This document shows positions 44,808 through 59,800 of a stretch of 64,000 nucleotides of DNA, piece after piece. A model generated the notes under the pieces. That model was not told where the DNA came from and searched no databases. It was given only the letters and a program-made list of their open reading frames with translations. Origin of the DNA: Haliotis rubra. Lineage: Eukaryota. A program made the translations under genes and the position numbers. How positions within the stretch are numbered: position 1 is the stretch's first letter; the number at the start of each line of letters is the position of its first letter. Location: assembly GCF_003918875.1 (NCBI RefSeq), contig NW_025765103.1:1302001-1366000 (forward strand), in the 5' to 3' direction.

Positions 44808-47800
44808 ATGGCGACTTGTCTTCACCTATGTTATTTGTTGGGACTATTTACAACTGTGGTCGGACTACCAGAGCTTGGTGTTTGGACGGTTCAGTATGAC
44901 CAGGTTAATCTGAATTTCCAACTTTCTTTAAGACTGCCAAAAAATAACTCGTTCTGCCTGGTTTGGTTGAGATGTTTATGTCAACACGACCTTACATTTC
45001 TGCATTTTCATTTTACCAATGAGTTTCATTGACCGGTAATACTTCCTCGTGTTTGTGTGTTAATGATGCATCTGCATCGTTATTATAGTCGTATCCATCA
45101 CAGCTAATTCATCGTTATCAACTGGATATCAGTGTGAGACATGTTAAGATATAACTGTCTCGGATAATGATTGCAGTCATATGTTTTTCAGAATGTGTGA
45201 GTCAAGGCCTTATGATCAATGATAATCGACACACACGTGGAGTAGATCTGCAGGCTTTCACTTGTTTCTCGGGGTGTCAAAATATGCAATTTACTTGGGA
45301 GATTTGCATCTCATGAACATGATGAAACCATTCAATATGGTCATGTAAACATGAGAAAGGGGGACACAAGATCTGTTGTCTTTTACTCATTTGCAGTCGG
45401 TCTATACTGGCCATGAACACTTGAGCATATTTGTCTTTAGTGTCATTTCTCAAGTATTGGGGAAGTAAAGTTTTAACTCTGGTTTTAACTGCTAAGTTTA
45501 TGGACATTTCTTGATTATGTTCTTAATGAGACATTCTTGATTGATAGGGAGTACTGTATACTACCTTGTCAAGGCATATCACTGAGTGGACCTTATCATG
45601 CCTAGTATGTGCACTAAATAACGCCTCTGTTGATAGGCTGATGTCACTGACCATAGGTGTCCAAATTACATCTTGGTATTGTGTCATGTGTAAACATTCT
45701 GGTACTCAATGGTCAACCTGTTCTAGTCTTTCTACATACATCTACTCATGTTTTTTGAGTGGAAGGGTTTTTGACCATTCCGACTGTGTCATTAACATTT
45801 AGGTAGAAAATATTCAAGACAAATCAGTCAGTATCCTTGATGTCTAAACTTCTTGAATGTGCAAGTGACTGTGATGGATAAATATTGAAATACTAGGTGC
45901 AGTCAAATTATCATTATGATTATGGTCAAACAAATTTGAACTGTCAAACTGATAACAACATAATGTATTCCTTGCACTTCTATGACTGATGCATTAGACT
46001 TGAACACAAGTCCATTGATCATGAGATAGTGTTAAGCTGTAAGTTTTCTCCCCAAACTGGTTTATGTACTTAAAATTGATTCTTAGAATAATGACGTAAG
46101 GAGTCTCGGATACAATTTATCCCCGGGTGTGCTCTCCATATGTAAGATATATGATAAACTAGTTGTGTGTCAGTGTACCCTGACTGTGTGGATTGTTGTT
46201 TACTTATCAGTGGATTGTCCTTCTCAATAGTTTAAGGCTGTACGTAGCTGGAAGAGTAAAGAAAGATTTTTTGATTGAGTAAATTCTGTTTTAATACCAT
46301 TGATGTCAGACTACTGCTACTTCTTATCTATATTGACTGGTAGGTTGCATATTGCTGACTGTGGCATAAAACAATATACACTCACTCACTCACTTTATCG
46401 CAGCAAGTGCTGGTCTTTGCTTTTATTGGCCATGATTGTGATAGCCATTGATTCTGAGGTAATTTAAGTCAGGTTTTGCTGTCAAGTGAAATTGAATATA
46501 TTATGATCATTTTATTAGTAGTTTAGATCAGTTAATGAGATTGTTAGTGGCTGTACCCTCAATGGGGTTTGAAGTATTGTAAAATTATTGTGCTCCTGAG
46601 AGGGTACGTAAGTCAAAGTTAAATTTAAGCTTACAAAATTTTAAAACATATATTTGTTCTTTTAATATTCGGCTAGATTTTCCTGCCAACGGCTAAGGGG
46701 ATGGTGTAAATCCAACTAGGGTCCATTCAGGTAGCAAAGGCACTGTAAGTCCCACGGTCCCTGGTATGGTGATCTACCTTCAGTTGTTGGCGATCTATAG
46801 CCCGAGTTTTATATTGTATTGTCTTCTTGGATTAAAATGTTTTAGTTTTACATACTAGTTTTAAATTAAGAGCTGTGATACTCTGGTATTTTAACTGCCA
46901 TTTGATGACAGGTTCTTACGTTCTAGATTTTATTGTTTTAAAATGGACATAAATGAAATTGTTCTCGTCACAATATGGCTGAATTATTGCCGATGTGACG
47001 CTTAGAGAATAACCAACAAGGTACGAGTGATTATGGGAAATATGCCCAAGTTGAAATAATGTTCTCAGTGCTGAGCCTTGGCGAGGCACTGAACATTATT
47101 TTAATGAGGGCATATTTCCAGTATTCACTCGCACCGAGTTGGTTATTCTATTTATTACCCATAATGTAATTTAAAAAGAAAAACCACGAAGTAAAAACCA
47201 CCAGGAGACACGACTTGTGACCTCAAACAGCTGATTCATATTCATGCGCATATTAAACCTAACTTCTCCAGATGTAATAACATAACTATGCTATGGAAAA
47301 TAGTACCTCGTAAAATCGCTTTAAACTACAACCAAAATATTTTGTCTGGAATAATTAATTAACATTTGTTAATATGATAAAAATGATCTTTTAAATATAT
47401 CATTAAACTTAATAACAGCTAAACTGTTATTTGATCAAGTCAGTGCGACGGAACATCGTTCATTCACGACTGACGTGTTTCTAGTGACGGGTGACGGTGT
47501 AGTGTTGAAACACACTTTGGCAAAAACCTGCCAATTTTTGGGAAAGCCAACAGTTAAAAGTTGGGAAATCTTAAAGACAACCATCCCACGAATACATCTA
47601 GAAAGGTTTTCTGTCAAGAAACTCAATGTTTGAAGATTAAACAACATTTTGTTCTGTGGAAGGCTTGTTACAGTCACGTCATATGGTCCCAGTATAGTAC
47701 AGCAGTTCCAAGAAGGATAACTCTAGTCGGAATCCGAGTCAATGGGAAGAATACGCCTCTTTGGAGCAGATGGTCGACTGACAGAGGAGTCATTCGGAGA

Positions 47801-50800
47801 TGTTGAAGTGGAATACACCACCATAAATTGGGCCTAAGAATAGTGTATGTACAGAATGAAGAATTACGGCATGCGACAAAGACTGTGACGTCATGGTGGC
47901 AGCCTGAGGCTGAGGATGAGTGGACAGAGCGGTGGAGTTACAAGGGTTTGACAACAATTTATTAATGGGCTGATGTTGTTTCTCATTAATTGAAGAGTAA
48001 TTGTTTATTAATTGAATATTTTTGTGCCCCCGGAAATTTGTATGATTTGATGTGCTGGTACAACATTGTCAGAGAGGGACTGGATGAGACGTTTTCAGGC
48101 CTTGATCGAGGCTAGCCTAATGGTGGCCATGTTTGTTGTTTGGTGGTTTTTTTTAAGGTTATTTATTTTAAAAAGACTACTATTTATAACGCAATTTTAT
48201 TGCAAAATAATAATATCTAATAAAAAGAGTATTCGTATTCTTTAACCTTTATGTTTTCTTTTTTTAATCTCGGAATACAGCACATTCTTATTATCAATGA
48301 AACGGTAAAAGTTGTCAATGAACTTTGATCATGAAAAGTAGTTCTGACAACCAATCATATTTCTTCTCTGTTTAGCTGACCAATCAACGTTGAGAATCCC
48401 TGAAAAGCACATGTGAGATTATCACAAAATAAATCACCTGTATATCCTAGCCCATATGGGTAATATAAATGTTAACTCACTCACTCACTCACTCACTCAT
48501 TGTTTCCATAAAGGTCTATGTTGAGATACAGTCTCAAAGGATCATTTTCAGTGTTATCACTTTAGTACATTTCATCAACTGATCTTACAACACTGTACAG
48601 ATTGTTGGGTGAAGTCACAGACTGATATCATGCATTGTTGAATATTTTGTGGCAGTTATGTTGGCACATGATTCATAATGTATCGATACAGCATTACAGT
48701 ATTGTATCCATATACGAGACCCACCCATCAAGTGTAAACATGAATAATAACACACATTTTTCAATTAGTTTACATAGATTCTCCAGCATTTTCCACTTGG
48801 CAGTAAATATGGTGACACAGCTCCTCTTGCCTATATGTATTGGATTGAAAGGTCTGAAATGATTCAGGCTTGTGAGTCATCAAGTATTCCAGTTTCCAAA
48901 TTAGACATGGGGAATGAAATGTATATGGATGCTTGATATGCTTTCGATGACGTCATCCACTAAGATCCTCAGTATATGAAAGTTAAATGTTTATGACAGT
49001 GACAAGCATGATGGTTCATGTAGGTGGAAGAGGAGCTTGATTTTCATGCCCCTCTGGAAAAGCTTTCATTTTTACCTCCAGTTTTGAAAAGCCTTAAAAA
49101 ATCACCAAAATGGTTTATAAAACCATGAAATTTGTACTCTTATAGTGGTTATTGGTGGGAACTAACATGTTTAGTTCATTACATGTAGTCCTTATGATAA
49201 TACATAGCAAAAAACCTTAGAAACGGCAAGTTTCAACTTGTCTTTGTGATACCTTACTACCTGAACTATCAGGCAGTTAGCTAAGGTCTCTTCAACCTAC
49301 AATCTTACTAATAGTATATTGTATGCTAAAAAGATATTCTTAAACTGTGGCTAATAAACTAACTGAAAGAGCATTGAAAATAACAGTCAAAAGGCTTGAA
49401 AAGCCCATAAATTTTGGTGTTCCATGTCTGTGTGAACCGTGAGTTACATTTATGGCAAAAGAAACAGATCTTGATATTGCCATTTACCATAGTGCTTTTC
49501 TCAAACTTTAAGCAGTGTTAAACTGAGATGCAACATAAATACTGTGGAACCTTTCAGTTGTTCAGTCATTTTGAGGTTGTTAGAAGAGAAAAATTGTCTA
49601 ATTCAATTTTTGAGGCTCTTCAAGAAAGGATACCTAATCTGGCAGGAAAGCTTGATTTCTTTCTATCTAGTTATGTTTACATGAACCACTAGACTGATCT
49701 TTCTTTTGTCTCAACTTAAAGAATAGGTACAAGTCCATGATATTAGCAGGTCCTAGGGTCCTTGATCATTTTGAAGTTTGCCCCTATGTTAAATTAATGC
49801 AGGGTCCCCTTAAATCTTTTAACTGTCCATAGTAGAGTTATGCCAAGGTACTTTACTGTTTAATTTCCACCCTGCAAACATTTTATCATGGTTACTATGG
49901 TTGATATTGAACAGGAAAGTTACAGGAAAACTGTAATGTTTTAGGGGGGTCCAAGATTTCCATATGTTGGGGAAACAAACTGTGATGACCTGTGGACACT
50001 GTGTTATGCTTTCATGACCTCTGTATGTATTTATCATGTACCTAGCAATTGTTCAAGGGTAGGAACAGCCACAAGTCTGTTGTCAGAGATACCGTAACTA
50101 CAAATCACGTAGACTAGTAGCTTTATCCCTATATCTGGTTACATCATGCTTATTTTGCATAAGCAGGTCGCCCAACATGAGCTGTGACAAGTGTGATGTG
50201 ACCAGTGGTCTGCTACCTGGTATTCACATGTGTTCACCTTGTGTTCACCTTGTGTTGATGTGTTCACCGGGTCGGTGGGGTAGCCTTGTGGTTAAAGCGT
50301 TGGCTTGTCACGCCAAAGACCTGGGTTCGATTCCCCACATGGGTACAATGTGTAAAGCCCACTTCTGGTGTCCCCCGCCCTGATATTGCTGGAATATTGC
50401 TAAAAGCGGTGTAAAACCATACTCACTCACTCATGTGTTCACCACAATGTTATTTTAACTTCAACTTATTTAGCAGTGCTACCAACACACTGTGTTCCCA
50501 CTGCCATGGTGATACTGATGATGTGGACATCAACTGCTCCAGCCAACACAGTTTCCAGTTGGCATTTCCTGCAGACACTGACACTACTGTACGTCAGTCT
50601 TGTCAATACCTGCTGACAGAAACCAGTACTATATTGATGTATGTGAGTGGTGAGCCAGCTGTTGCCTCACAGATAAAACAGGGAAATACTGATTGTCACT
50701 TGTTGAACACATGAGTGATTTCATGTTGTGAACTGGACTGAAAGTATTAATAACTATGGTAATTCATGATATATTTAAGAACCCTGGATGATCAGTTATC

Positions 50801-53800
50801 AATCACAGACTGTTTCCCTCAGTCATACATGATCATCTAGATTTGAGCGAGATGGTCAGATCCACAGTTTTTCTGCAGAACTGACATGCAGCACTTGTCA
50901 TGTGAGGCAGACAGACCACCGTCATACAGCAGGAATATTGGGTTCACTTGCTGATCATTAGACAGACCAGTCAGCTGTGACCAGTCAGCTGTGACCAGTG
51001 TAACTGTCTGGTCTTACCTACTTATTAATGAGCTGCTCCCAACTGTGGGAGGAGTCAGCTACCCAAACTTGTTAAGTGACAGATTAACCTGATTAGTATT
51101 GTGTGTATAAGCTGCATTTGTTTGATTAGCAAAGGAAGATCCCCATAGCTGGTTATGAAGAGCATCTGGGACTTTCCGCTCTTCCTGTTCTTTAGGTGCA
51201 AGAAGCCTGACTTGAGATGATGGATGTGACACCAGTAGTATTTGGAATCGGAAACCAAATCCACTATCGATTATCAGATAACTTTTGGTGAACGATTATT
51301 GATTATAATAAAAATATATACATTTTTAATGTAATCACCAATATTAAGGGTTTTTCCCCAGGTTTTTGGTAATTAGCAAGATATTTTCATGTCTAACTTT
51401 TAAAGTGCAGTAATATTACTTTCTACATACAAATTATTCTGTTTATTTATACAACAAATATTTATCAGTATATCTCATTACGTTCACGATAGATGTAAAT
51501 GTATTCATAGACAGGCTACAGTACTATTACCGCAGTGATGAATACTAAATTATGAATACAATGCACATAGCTTTACGTTGTTGAGTGCATGTTTCTTCGT
51601 GAATATTCATCAATTCTATTGGTTAATTTATCTTATTCAAGTGTGTTGCACTAACTAAAACAACAAAATTGTGTTTAATCGAAAATATGTTTTTACAATC
51701 GATTATTTTCGATCATCGGAACACCATTAGACACCGGAAGTGGCAAAGTCCAAAGATATCAAAGATTACATGGTGATGACATCGGAACATGATGGGGACA
51801 TTTCTGATTCCCTTTTGGAATCATTACCATACAGTGGGCCTGGGACTATCAACAACCTGGAAGGTTTTCATGTCGCATCAACTGCTGTCTTCCACATCAG
51901 CAACCCATCCTGCAGGGATGCGTTAAGGCCACAGGATTGCAGGATGTCCCCAAACTGAAAAGTCAGTGTGGCAAATTTCACACAAATAAAGCAGAGTTGG
52001 CTCACTTTGTTGACCTAGTGTAAGATATGATTCAAACAAAACTAATAATATGAACATCACTTCAGTAATATATCATGCCAATCATTTTCTGTGACTTGTA
52101 TCTTGAGCAAAAACAATAAACAGCACTAATCATTTTAATTATGTCAAAGGTTGGGCTTGCTTTCTTGGAATTCGTAAGTGTGATCATGATGACTGCCTTC
52201 TGCAGATAGTGAGGTCATAAACTTGTTAAAAATCATAAAACATGTTGGCCCATGTTCAGTTTTGTGACAAGCTTAATGCATTCCTGAACCTGGTTTGTAC
52301 ACATGCTTCAAGGATTTGAGAAGTCTGACAGTACCAAGCTGACACAGCTAGACTGGTGCTGCTTCCCCACCCAGGAAGAAGGCCTACAGAGAGCCGCATG
52401 GAAGGGTGGTATGTCTGAGAGGGAGGACAGAAGACACCTGTTGAATTCTTGGATGCTGTTGGTCATTTGATAAAGCTTGACTGACAACTGACATTGTATT
52501 GTGTGATCAGTGTATTTAGCATCTTTTGCCCTGATGTAAAGAACAATTTCCTGTAAATAATTCAATATATGGCATATTCTGGTGATTTGATGATTAAATT
52601 AGCGTAATAAACCTCTCCTGTAAATGCCTTGCAACATGTGTTTTCTGGTCTGTTCCACTTCAGTGAAAGGTCAACAGGTAACTTTTGCTTGACCACCGAA
52701 CCTTGACTACCCCTTGCTTGAACTGTCTGACAACTGGGTGTCTGACAATTTGTATATTTATCGAAAATTGTTCTGTGTGTGTTAAACAACAAACTGACCT
52801 TTAAATATGCTAATAGATTATAGAACTTGTAAAACATTTGGTTTACTTGTTAGTTTTTAAGTAATGTTTTTCTTTCTTTTTTTCAGGATAACATCATTCA
52901 TGGATTTACCAAGAGTGCCTTTACGAAAACAAAGATATCACTTTCAAGTAAGTGCGGATGTGTTTTTAGCCTGACAGTGTTTTCTTCAGCCCATCATCAG
53001 CCCGTATGGCCATACAACATTGGCCATCTAATTGACATTCCATGTTCCTAATCAGACCAGTTTTACATTTCAGTGTTATGTTATTGATGTATTTACTTTC
53101 AGGACGTCAGGAAGATTTAATGTTAAGGTTAAAGTTGAAGATCATTAGCTTTGGAAGGCCAATTTTAAAAAAACGTCGAATGCATGGACAGTGATGAATC
53201 ATTCATGGATTGTGTCATCTGTTAATGTTGACTTTGATCATTTTCTTCTCAACATGCTGAATGATTGCTTCTGTTTTTATGTTTCCAGTATCTTGCAGTA
53301 ATGCCGAAGATGTTGAAGTAAGATGGCTGATACGATACTCTCCATGTGCCCAAGAGTATGATGGGGTTGAAGCTGATAAGGTCTGTCTTTGTGTAGTCTA
53401 TTACTTATTGTGAAATTTGTAATATCAGTGTCTTCAGAGAAAGTTTTATGACTATGGAGTTCTTTTATCTTCCATGCTTTCATACAATATAAATTCCATT
53501 GTTTTATTGTACATGATATTACTTCTCAAGATGTAGAATCCTGATGGAGTCTGATGATGATTAGCTGCTATAGTATGACCAGAAATTATTGAGAATTTCA
53601 GGAATATGTTTAATTGGATTTCTAGTATAACAAACCTTGACCAGCTATCAAGTGCTTGGTTTCATTCAAGAGAGACAACTCCATTAATCCTTTTTCATTA
53701 GTTTTCGAAGAGTTATCCCCCTTTGTTTACTTGCTAGCACACAACATTTTCAGTGATCCTCAGTATGGATGATTAGAGAAGAGGAAGTTCATTGTATTAT

Positions 53801-56800
53801 AGCAAGGACATCAGATCAGCTAAAGTGATTTCAAGTAGAACAGGCATCCCTTTGTCCACTGTTTATTGTGTTTTGAAAAATATTGCAAATGGATATGGCA
53901 TTGAGCACCAGGGAGGCGCAGGTAGGTCCAGAAAATTGACTGTTGGTGACAGGAGGCGGCTTGGTATTCTTGTTTCTAAAAACAAACGAAAGAGTTTAGA
54001 AAAATTAAGGCTGGATATGATTGATAGAGGAACTCTGGCTGTCTGTAAGGAGACAATTAGAAGTGAGCTGCATGCAATGGGTTGGCAGAAAAGTCGAGGA
54101 ATTCCATCACCGATCATGAAACCTGAACAAAAGGAGCTAAAGTTGAACTGGTGCTTACAGCATAGAAATTTTAACTGGTACAATGTGATTTTCTCAGATG
54201 AAAGTTTTGTGTGGCTGTTTCCTAATACACTGAAATTCTGGACCAAACAAACTGAAAAACCGTTGTATCAGCGCCCAAAGTTTACAATTTAACGTGTAGG
54301 GTGGCATATCTGTGTTGGGGGCAACGCCCCTCTGTCTATTTGAAGGGAATATGAACAGTGAGCGGTACACAGATATTCTCGAGGGACATTAACTTCCATC
54401 TGCTCACGTGTTCTATGGAAATTATTTGATTTTCCCGGAGGACAACGACCCAAAACATTGTTCAAAGCATTCACAGGCCTGGTTTGCGGACCCAAAATAT
54501 GACATTATTAGATTGGCCAAGATATAGCCCTGACCTAAATCCAATAGAAAATATTTGGGGACTTATGATGGAAAGTGTCAATAAGAAAAATCTGACAAAT
54601 ATTGCTGAAATGAAAGAAGAGGTGGTCCGATATTGGGACAGCTTGGACTACGACTTTCTAACTTCTTTGATCAGTAGTATGCCCTGCCGCATTGAAGCCT
54701 GCATTGCTGCCCATGGTGACTTGACAAAATACTAACTGTTCACCTGTCTTTGAAACTGGAGTTTTGTTCTGCTAATATTCACATTTAATATGTGAGTAAT
54801 GAGGGGAAAAAATAAAACTTACAATCTTTAAAATCTCAATAATTTCTGGTTGCACTGTATAAAGTTGATAACATGTCACCACACAAGGTTTAGGCTGGAG
54901 AAATTGTACTTCACTGTAATGAGTGCCCTAGGTGCTTTGAAATTTGAAAGGGGGGGACTTGTTGAGACCATTCACCATGAGTTAAGTTTGTTGTCAATGA
55001 TTAAAGGATAGTGAACATAGTTTACTCAAATATAGGTGACACTGAACATTTTTGATAATACTTACCATGCACTTATATCCTGTTCTCTGAATAATCTGTG
55101 ATACATGCCAACTATCATGTACCGGTACATTTCAGTATTAGTAGGTTCGTTGATAGAGGTGACTTACAGATTGGTTAGATGTTGGTCAGAGAGGTCTTGT
55201 ATAACGAATACACTATTTGTTGAATAGGATATATATGTGATTATTTCGTAGTGAATGTGAATATTGGGTAATGAATACAATACCAACTCACCTGTTGATG
55301 TATTCATCTTCTTATTCAGTAAAACAATACCAACTCACCAGTTGATGTATTAATCTTCATATTCAGTAAAACAATACCAACTCACCTGTTGATGTATTCA
55401 TCTTCTTATTCAGTAAAACAATACCAACTCACCAGTTGATGTATTCATCTTCATATTCAGTAAACAATACCAACTCACCTGTTGATGTATTCATCTTCAT
55501 ATTCAGTAAAACAATACCAACTCACCTGTTGATGTATTCATCTTCATATTCAGTAAAACAATACCAACTCACCAGTTGATGTATTAATCTTCATATTCAG
55601 TAAAACAATACCAACTCACCTGTTGATGTATTAATCTTCATATTCAGTAAAACAATACCAACTCACCTGTTGATGTATTAATCTTCATATTCAGTAAAAC
55701 AATACCAACTCACCAGTTGATGTATTAATTTTAATATTTAGTGAAACCATAACAAAATAAATTCTTTGACATGTTTTAACCATGTTGACACAAATTTATT
55801 ACCACAATGACCTGTGACCACAAAGTAAATATATATGAGTGTTAACTATTATCTAGCCAGGCTTACTTTTGTTTCATTTTGCATGTCTCTCTTTGATGAA
55901 TATTACCCAAATTCAAGTAAAAGTACTCCTTTCTGAAAACTTGAAGGTCACATGCAACCAAAAAATCAAACATAATTAAAACACAATTATCACTTATTCA
56001 TGACATATAATATACATTGCTCGTAATGAAAAAACATGAAAACAAAATTATAAGCGTACAATCGCAAATCAAAAGTGCAATATTTCGTACTTGGGTTTAC
56101 TTCCCAAGAAACGAAGCAGCCGGGATACCGAACCCAGTCAGAGCGGGTGGGTGTGCACTCAAGTGTAACGGCAGGTTCGTTTTGCAGATGCCCTCACGGC
56201 TCATTGTGTGTGTATATATAGAGATGTTGGGTTTTGTAAATACATGCTCATTATTTGTGTATAAAATTTGCAATCAACAGACACCATAACATGTCATGTG
56301 TACAAGTATCACACCTGCCTGTCTGTGTAATTACATAATGTGACTGAGACCGAGCTCGGGCCATAAATCAATGCGTTTTGTTTATGGTGTATAGCCTGAT
56401 AGGTGTTACATTGAAATTGCATGTGGTCAGTGATCGAAATTGTGTATTGAATATTGTCATTAGCAGACGGGCAGGCAGACACATACCGTAGGTGTCAATA
56501 AAACAGACATTGAGTTTTGTCTGTGAAAACAACATATCTATATCACAGTTAGAAATTCTGTCGACGCTAAATAGTGACATTGCTTTTAAGTATCGAACTG
56601 AGCAAGTGACTCGGTAAAAAGAACGTGTGGTGAAATAGACAAATGAAATTATATAAACAGTTAAATCGGTAATCTACTGTAATAACATATAAAAAGCTCG
56701 CGCCTGTGAAATATCAACAAAATATTAGAAAAATAGCTCACACCAAAGCCTTCACCGAATATTTACCGGACACCCCGCTTTCAAGCTCCGCAAACCTGTT

Positions 56801-59800
56801 TCACTGCGCATGTGCTATGAGCGCAGCCCAGCCGTTGAAACCACTTCAATTCTCCCAAGCTCTGGGGGAAAGTTGGTGAATCGTTTGAACTACGATTTCG
56901 CATGGGTTTTTTTCATCGCTTTATTTTTCAACTTTATAAGATGAATTTGCATTTTTGATGATTTGTTTCGGAAAGTCCATACCGAAAGGTATCAGAATCT
57001 GCAAAGTTGTGTTTTTCGTTGCATGTGACTTTTAATGAATATTTGATTCCAGTGAACGTGAATTGTGCTTGTTTTCATCAAGGGGTACAGTTTGATTCAC
57101 CGTATATGAGAGTGAATCGTAACAACCTTAGTGTTTGGATGTTTGATGGGCATTTAGAAGTTGGGAGGTAACACAACAACGTATTGTATGGATTTACAAC
57201 TTCTTTAATATTTACAACACGACATTTAGTGTTGTTAGAGGAGGGAGCTGAATGCCCTAAAAATGGCACTTTGTATTGCTAGATGTGTTGAGTAAACGTT
57301 GAATGAAGTAACCTATGCTTCCTTTCAGGATCGCCTATCGAGCTACTTGTTTGCCCCGTATATCCAGTATGTCGTGGAATTTGACTATGCTTCCATTGAA
57401 ATGTTGGCCAACAGCACCCGGATCGACTGTAGCGACGGTCAAGTCAATCTACCGGTTTGTATCCTCCCTTTGCTTAATTGTTTCACCTTTTTGCAGATAT
57501 AATGAAAAGACGTAGCGTCAGTTTTCTGTTGGTGGTCCAACATTGCTCCTGTAATTTGAAAGTTATCACCCCTTATGTATAACAGTGTGCAACTTTAGCC
57601 AAAAGTTGAAACTCTGTGTCTAATAATATTCTGTGTATTCTGTAGTCTGTAGGCTTGAGATGTGTACTGTGGGATCAACATTCGTGCGGGAGGGTTCAGT
57701 GGTCTGTAGGCTTGAGATGTGTACTGTGGGATCAACATTCGTGCGGGAGGGTACCGTGGTCTGTAGGCTTTAGATGTGTACTGTGGGATCAACATTCGTG
57801 CAGGAGGGTACCGTGGTCTGTAGGCCTGAGATGTGTACTGTGGGATTAACCATCATGCGGGAGGGTACCGTGGTCTGTAGGCTTGAGATGTGTACTGTGG
57901 GATCAACATTCATGCGGGAGGGTACGGTGGTCTGTAGGCTTGAGATGTGTACTGAGGGATCAACGATCATGCAGGAGGGTACCGTGGTCTGTAGGCTTGA
58001 GATGTGTACTGTGGGATTAACGATCATGCAGGAGGGTACCATGGTCTGTAGGCTTGAGATGTGTACTGTGGGATCAACATTCATGCAGGAGGGTACGGTG
58101 GTCTGTAGGCTTGAGATGTGTACTGTGGGATTAACGATCATGCAGGAGGGTACCATGGTCTGTAGGCTTGAGATGTGTACTGTTGGATCAACATTCATGC
58201 CGGAGGAGAATAATGGTGGTCTGTGGTCTGTGGAGGCTTGAGATGTGTACTGTGGGATTAACCATCATGCAGGAGGGTACCGTGGTCTGTAGGCTTGAGA
58301 TGTGTACTGTGGGATTAACGATCATGCAGGAGGGTACCATGGTCTGTAGGCTGGAGATGTGTACTGTGGGATTAACGATCATGCAGGAGGGTACCATGGT
58401 CTGTAGGCTTGAGATATGTACAGTGGGATTAACATTCATGCAGGAGGGTACGGTGGTCTGTAGGCTTGAGATGTGTACTATGGGATCAACATTCATGCGG
58501 GAGGGTACGGTGGTCTGTAGGCTTGAGATGTGTACTGTGGGATTAACCATCATGCAGGAGGGTACGGTGGTCTGTAGGCTTGAGATATGTACAGTGGGAT
58601 TAACCATCATGCAGGAGGGTACCGTGGTCTGTAGGCTTGAGATGTGTACTGTTGGATCAACATTCATGCCGGAGGGTACGGTGGTCTGTAGGCTTGAGAT
58701 GTGTACTGTGGGATTAACCATCATGCAGGAGGGTACGGTGGTCTGTAGGCTTGAGATATGTACAGTGGGATTAACCATCATGCAGGAGGGTACGGTGGTC
58801 TGTAGGCTTGAGATGTGTACTGTGGGATTAACCATCATGCAGGAGGGTACGGTGGTCTGTAGGCTTGAGATGTGTACTATGGGATTAACGATCATGCAGG
58901 AGGGTACCATGGTCTGTAGGCTTGAGATATGTACAGTGGGATTAACCATCATGCAGGAGGGTACGGTGGTCTGTAGGCTTGAGATGTGTACTGTGGGATT
59001 AACCATCATGCAGGAGGGTACGGTGGTCTGTAGGCTTGAGATGTGTACTGAGGGATCAACGATCATGCCGGAGGGTACGGTGGTCTGTAGGTTTGAGATG
59101 TGTACTGTTGGATCAATAATCATGCAGTGATGTGAAATACACGGTTATAGTTTTGAGTGTTTGGCGTTGCTGCAAAGAGCAACTGTTCTGATATTTATAT
59201 ATATTTGATCAATGTTTTCTTACCAATTGTCAATCTTTATGGTCTTTATAGATAGCCAGCCCTGTAACGGGAAATACAGATATCATGCTAACTGCTACAG
59301 CCTTGTAAAATCCATGATTTTGTCAAAGGAAATGTGTTTATTTTGCAGGATTACTCTCATCTCGAGCCAAAGATAGTCCCAACTATTAAAGTGGTAAGTG
59401 TTGTGATATGTCATTGTACGAGTGTTTCAATCAGTTGCTGCCACTACTACCAGGGATAAACTCACAACTCAGTAATCATAGCTAATGGAGGAATAGTGTT
59501 TAATACCCATGTGGAATTGATGGGAAAACATTTTCTCTCTGTTCAAACGTTGGCTGCTTGCAGTCAAAGTGTCTGCACACAGTGGAAGGGGGAACAATCT
59601 GTTGTTGGTCTTCATGTGCTTACTACTCACTCTGACACGGCAACACTGACACGGCAACACTGACACAGTGTTGGCCCAGAATGGGGTTGAATGGTACTTT
59701 AGTAATATTGGTCTATAGTTTATTTAGTATTTTGCCATAGCAAAAGCACTGCATACTATATGATTTTATTGTAGATAAGAAAACGCTCTCTGATTTATGG

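Noticed and set aside
50433-50714. Possible alternative TMEM87 exon (ag...gtgagt around a 93-aa ORF)
   Set aside because: No recognisable homology; exons 1 and 2 already join in frame
57770-59130. Long ORFs on both strands (up to 320 aa)
   Set aside because: Stop-free frames of a 57-bp minisatellite inside a TMEM87 intron
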